A program made the translations under genes and the position numbers. Of a stretch of DNA of 64,000 nt, positions 59,641 through 64,000 are shown piece by piece (within the stretch, counting starts at the first letter, position 1; the number at the start of each line of letters is the position of its first letter). The DNA comes from a virus (taxonomy: Duplodnaviria > Caudoviricetes): IMG/VR virus record IMGVR_UViG_3300011008_000028. One strand, written 5' to 3'. The notes below the pieces were generated by a model that saw nothing but the letters and a program-made list of their open reading frames with translations, was not told the DNA's origin and searched no databases.

Positions 59641-60315
59641 TTAATCATCGACCCAAGCTTCATGGAGAAGCTTGTCTAAATCATCATGTTTCCCAGGTGT
59701 TATACCGAGTTCATCCAGTTTCTTCAGCTTGTCTCGTTTACTCATTATTTTTAATAGATATGCCCTGCCTTCAACCGAAGTCTCATATGCTTTATATTGA
59801 TCTATGGCAGCCGACTTGGCAAACTTGACTGCTTTATTATGGATCTCTTTCCGGTCAATATAGATTGCACCGACTTTGCCCTTTTCAAATAACTGATTTA
59901 GATCGATGCAATCAAGCTTATATGTTTCCTTCACATATTTCACAATGCAATCGATATAAGCGTTCTCTGACTTATCACATATAAGACATACATCGAAATG
60001 TCGTAATACAGGATTTACAATACATTGATATACCGTAGTGGCCATATCTGTGACCATTCCTTTGGGCAGGTTTCTTGTATCCGTCAGACGATCTTTATAC
60101 ATTTTATATAGGACAGCAGGATCGCCAGAGTTTACAAATGCATCAATCATCTCAGGCAATGGATATAACTCACTACCATGGTTGACATTGCTTTGGGTAC
60201 CGGTAGATTTCACCTTTGCAGATACGATTAGATACTGAATAGAGATCAATTCTTTCAATGTAAAATAATCGATCATATATCCAAGATAATTCTGATAATC
60301 AATTCTATATAACAT
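59641..60315 (-). CDS. Hypothetical protein
   Basis: GAGGTG RBS. Confidence 0.65.
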   Translation of the reverse strand: MLYRIDYQNYLGYMIDYFTLKELISIQYLIVSAKVKSTGTQSNVNHGSELYPLPEMIDAFVNSGDPAVLYKMYKDRLTDTRNLPKGMVTDMATTVYQCIVNPVLRHFDVCLICDKSENAYIDCIVKYVKETYKLDCIDLNQLFEKGKVGAIYIDRKEIHNKAVKFAKSAAIDQYKAYETSVEGRAYLLKIMSKRDKLKKLDELGITPGKHDDLDKLLHEAWVDD

Positions 60316-60368
60316 AGATTCACCTCAGATATTAATGACCGGGAGGATGTCCTCCCGGTCATTGGTTC

Positions 60369-63053
60369 TTAGTTGAATTTTCTGTGAATGGGTTCCATTA
60401 CACCGAGTTCCTCAGATTCTTCCGGTTCCTCTACAGGTTCCTCAGCAGGTTCTCCGCCGTTTTCGTCTTCATCATCTTCGATGTAACCAGCGAGAACCAT
60501 CTTCGCATACTTCTCATCTCTGAAAAGATCCTGACTGTTCAGAGCTCTGGTGTAGTAAGAAACAGGACCATTACCGATCTCGCTCTTGAAGAGGATATCC
60601 AGACGCTTCAGTGTTTCAGCATCATTGTTAACAATCGTATTGCCGTTCTCATCAACGACAAATATTCCCTTCACTGCATACATACCGACAACCGTGTGGC
60701 CGTTGTAATCAGGATCGAGAATAACGAACTTGACTGTGTCATCATACTCGTCATCGTTGTTAAGTTCCAGCCAGGAATCGGGATCATCGGTTGTGAACAT
60801 CATATCCGGGGTAGTATGGATGAGCCAATCCCAATTGCCGTTGCGAGGATCCGCCAGAGACGGAATGGTTTCTGTAGAATCAATATCAGCGAGCTTCTTG
60901 TAGAAGGGGATCTCGATGTTGCCCCAGGAATCTGACAGCTTCAGACGGATCACATCATAATTCTCATTGGGATAGATTACAACCTCGAGATCATTCAGGG
61001 CATCTACTTCGTCCTCATCATCTGTGAGATATTCCATCTCTTCAGGTACGGGAGCCGACGGGCCGTCGATCTTGCTCAGAACATCTCCGGAAAATGCAAG
61101 CATTTCATCATCAGATTCGAATGATTCCTCTGCCGGCGTCTCCGGAACAGTTAACTCTTCCTTGCCCTTGTCCGTAAGTGAAAGCATACCGTCATCATTG
61201 TTGATGAGTCCTTTGTCCTCAAGCTTCTCAACAACGTCCTCGATCTTCTTCTCGAATACCATAAGAGGTGTGCACCAGATCTGAGCAATGATGTCCTTAA
61301 CATACTCAATGCCGTCCGGGTCGATATTGAGCTTGCCGTTCTTCATATTTCTGGCAAATAAGTCAAGCCAGTCTCTCTGGAGGCCGAGGTAATCAGAGTT
61401 CTCCTCGCGGTAAAGTGCCATACCCGCAGCGGCGCCATCATTATTATCATTATACCTTTTTGCATTGAACCATCTTTCCATGAATATCATGGAAGGTTCA
61501 GCATCGCTGCCTTCGAACTTCTTGCAAACCCATTCAGTATGTTTGTCATCCGTCTTAATCGGTCTCATCCTCAGCCATTTGGTGAAAGCGTGATATACAG
61601 CGGATTGTACTTCAGTGTAGAAGAGACCGTTGATGACCTGCTTCCCCGCAGCGATATACTGCTCCTTCACCTCGGTAAAGAGATCCATATCATACAGCGA
61701 CTGCTGGATCTTGCTCGCCAGTTTCGTCAAGCAGCGATTGAAATCTGCTTTGAAACTCTCTTTCGGATGCCAACCCGATCCCTCAGTTTCTTCAACGACT
61801 TCTTCCTTCGGTGCTTCAGTCGTTATGATTTCCTCCGCCGCTTCTTCTGTGGTATCAAGTGTTCCTTCTTCTCCTACGGGTACCTCGATGCCCTCCATGG
61901 GTTCTCCAGTTCCAGCAGCTTCTTCTGTCTTGGAGAACTGAACACCCGGAACATCCGGCGTTGTCTCATCAGGTACAACATTTGCTTCGACCAGCGGAAT
62001 AGGCTGTTCATATGTTTTCTTGTTCTCAGTAATGATCGGAACTGCCACAGCTTCGATCACAGGGGTATCCCCAATATTTCCCGAGAACGCAACACCTTCG
62101 TCGGTGCCTGCAGTGTTGTTCGGATAAATATTCATTCCATCTGCCAGAATAGCAATTGCATTGATTGTCGTCATGTCGACTTCCTCCTTCTTAAATACGA
62201 AATTATCAAATGGGATTTCTTCTTCATTTGATTTTTCTTTGACCGGTTTTGATTTCATCTTGAGCCTACGGAGATAATTACTTCGGTCTGGGGTTAACTC
62301 CGTGAGAATTTTGCTTTCGGATATCTTATATGCCTCTTCGGATAGATCTCCTATCTCTCGTTCATGTACAGCATTGGACATTCTTCCTCGAATATCCTCA
62401 AAGTTGTACTTATGCCCACACGCTGGATTTGGACATACCAGCTGAGTATAATCAGCATTTGGTATTAACATCGAATTGGTGTTACACTCCCCACATATGA
62501 ACAGCTCGGACTTTGCATCATAGATATATGCAAAGTCCAAACATACGGGATCATCTTCGGCACCGATTCGTGTCCCCCAGTTGGCATAGTTCTTCGCGTC
62601 GATTCCAACATCACCGATTAGATACACTTGAGAAATCTTCCTTAGCTTCTCTTTGATACGTTCTTGATGTTTAATCATCTCTCCGAAACTCTGGAATGGC
62701 TGAATATATTCAGCAACCAACAAAGTTCCATTCTCGGAGACTTCGTATATCTTGGTGACGTCAGGATATAGTCGCTTTGCCATCTTCATCTCTTTGAGAT
62801 TATCGATCTTTCCGTCATTGTCGGTCGCGACTTTGACCACGAATCCATTCATCTTGAATGCATACCGATTCGTTCCAGAACCGAGCTGTGTGATATTCTC
62901 TATGTTGGCATTCCGCAGAAGCTTCAATAACTCTTCTTGCTTGGTCTTATTAAGTATATCACGTCGTCTGGATAATAATTCAATCTGTACACGCAAGTCA
63001 AATGGAAACTGTTCAAGTATCATTGACCGTAATACCTTTTGCATGGTTGACAT
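60369..63053 (-). CDS. Protein-kinase-like N-terminal domain + zinc ribbon + long acidic C-terminus
   Basis: LGSGTNR, VVKVA, NLKE, LVAEY, GDVG..NWG, CLDFAY; CGEC..CPNPAC. Confidence 0.7.
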   Translation of the reverse strand: MSTMQKVLRSMILEQFPFDLRVQIELLSRRRDILNKTKQEELLKLLRNANIENITQLGSGTNRYAFKMNGFVVKVATDNDGKIDNLKEMKMAKRLYPDVTKIYEVSENGTLLVAEYIQPFQSFGEMIKHQERIKEKLRKISQVYLIGDVGIDAKNYANWGTRIGAEDDPVCLDFAYIYDAKSELFICGECNTNSMLIPNADYTQLVCPNPACGHKYNFEDIRGRMSNAVHEREIGDLSEEAYKISESKILTELTPDRSNYLRRLKMKSKPVKEKSNEEEIPFDNFVFKKEEVDMTTINAIAILADGMNIYPNNTAGTDEGVAFSGNIGDTPVIEAVAVPIITENKKTYEQPIPLVEANVVPDETTPDVPGVQFSKTEEAAGTGEPMEGIEVPVGEEGTLDTTEEAAEEIITTEAPKEEVVEETEGSGWHPKESFKADFNRCLTKLASKIQQSLYDMDLFTEVKEQYIAAGKQVINGLFYTEVQSAVYHAFTKWLRMRPIKTDDKHTEWVCKKFEGSDAEPSMIFMERWFNAKRYNDNNDGAAAGMALYREENSDYLGLQRDWLDLFARNMKNGKLNIDPDGIEYVKDIIAQIWCTPLMVFEKKIEDVVEKLEDKGLINNDDGMLSLTDKGKEELTVPETPAEESFESDDEMLAFSGDVLSKIDGPSAPVPEEMEYLTDDEDEVDALNDLEVVIYPNENYDVIRLKLSDSWGNIEIPFYKKLADIDSTETIPSLADPRNGNWDWLIHTTPDMMFTTDDPDSWLELNNDDEYDDTVKFVILDPDYNGHTVVGMYAVKGIFVVDENGNTIVNNDAETLKRLDILFKSEIGNGPVSYYTRALNSQDLFRDEKYAKMVLAGYIEDDEDENGGEPAEEPVEEPEESEELGVMEPIHRKFN

Positions 63054-63087
63054 CCTCCTTCCCTACTATTATAATATATCATCTGAA

Positions 63088-63621
63088 TCAGAAGTCCTCC
63101 GGTCGCAATCTGGCAAACACCACCAACTCATCAATATCAATGTCAAGCAGCCATGGACTGGTCTGCTCATACAGCGATTGTTTGATTGCGTCTTGTAAAT
63201 GCAACACAGCAAAAGCTCGTTGATATTTTTCTTTCAGGAATTCGATACTGGCAGAAAGTGCTTGATATTTGATTCTGGACCCCAACAGTTGGTGTGCCTC
63301 TGAAGTAACCAGACTGTGTTCATTCTGTGTCATGGGCACGACAATCGTTGTCGACTTATTGTGGTTATCAGGATCCCGTATTGTGAGCGGAATAGGGATT
63401 ATTTCGTCGAAATGATTCTCCTCCAGGATCTTCGTGATATTATCGAATCGATTTGTCATGGTACGAATCTTGAAATTCTTACATTTATGGAAATCCATAT
63501 ATGCTTTGACAAGATACTCATCATCACTCCATGCCTGAATGCTTGGCTCAATACCCTCTCTTTTACTCTTACGCACAACGAAATACATAGTCATTCGTTC
63601 ATCGGCGTCATATGTCTTCAT
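63088..63621 (-). CDS. Hypothetical protein
   Basis: AGGAGG RBS. Confidence 0.6.
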   Translation of the reverse strand: MKTYDADERMTMYFVVRKSKREGIEPSIQAWSDDEYLVKAYMDFHKCKNFKIRTMTNRFDNITKILEENHFDEIIPIPLTIRDPDNHNKSTTIVVPMTQNEHSLVTSEAHQLLGSRIKYQALSASIEFLKEKYQRAFAVLHLQDAIKQSLYEQTSPWLLDIDIDELVVFARLRPEDF

Positions 63622-63993
63622 TTATAGCTCCTCCTTTAATACAATAACGAATGACTCCAATGTCAGAATCATCTTTGAATACTCATCTCGTAAAGAATCT
63701 AATCCGGCTGGATACCGATTCTCACTACGGCCTGATTTGTATTCTTCAATCATCTTCTCCGTATAGGCGTTCTCGACGGCATCAACGATACCTTCGATGG
63801 ATGTTTCATCGGCATCTCCTACCCAGTCGTCTCGATCATACAGTGCTTCAACCTCTGGTGGACGGAACCCAAGATAATCCAATGCATATGCATACTTGTC
63901 CTTGAGGTGAATGAATAAGTTGATTACTTCAGGTCTGCCTTCAGCTCGTTCAATGAGCTTAGGCAGTTCTCTGAAGTATCGTTGGATATTCAC
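63622..63993 (-). CDS. Hypothetical protein (may be 5'-truncated by the window edge)
   Basis: ORF at the window edge. Confidence 0.55.
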   Translation of the reverse strand: MNIQRYFRELPKLIERAEGRPEVINLFIHLKDKYAYALDYLGFRPPEVEALYDRDDWVGDADETSIEGIVDAVENAYTEKMIEEYKSGRSENRYPAGLDSLRDEYSKMILTLESFVIVLKEEL

Positions 63994-64000
63994 TTCTGTT

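Noticed and set aside
1-64000. CRISPR array, tRNA, rRNA, reverse transcriptase, integrase/transposase
   Set aside because: No spaced repeat array, cloverleaf, YxDD-type RT ORF or recombinase motifs recognised by eye; small RNAs could be missed without a covariance search.
1-64000. Stop-codon reassignment
   Set aside because: Genes are full length and tightly packed under the standard code; the breaks in RNAP and nrdD are explained by introns.

Overview
Dense 64-kb segment of a large lytic dsDNA phage, most like the phiKZ/AR9-type jumbo phages. Strong AGGAGG ribosome-binding sites point to a Firmicutes host, and the genetic code appears standard. It encodes a GroEL-like chaperonin, RusA-like and SbcD/Mre11-like nucleases, and a multisubunit RNA polymerase beta N-terminal subunit split by two group I introns. 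There is a head/virion block (portal, prohead protease, paralogous internal-protein-like genes), an amidase/lysozyme endolysin carrying a mini-intein, and an anaerobic ribonucleotide reductase locus (intron-split nrdD, nrdG, NrdH-like redoxin, FTR-like protein). Also present are MazG, RNase H, two kinase-like proteins and many small early hypothetical genes. The most striking unexplained signal is two 103-nt DGR-type variable repeats 47.8 kb apart (2425-2527 and 50200-50302). They differ in an adenine-mutagenesis pattern, neither lies in a full-length target gene, both are closed by inverted repeats, and no template repeat or reverse transcriptase is in the window. All calls come from reading motifs by eye; no searches were run.
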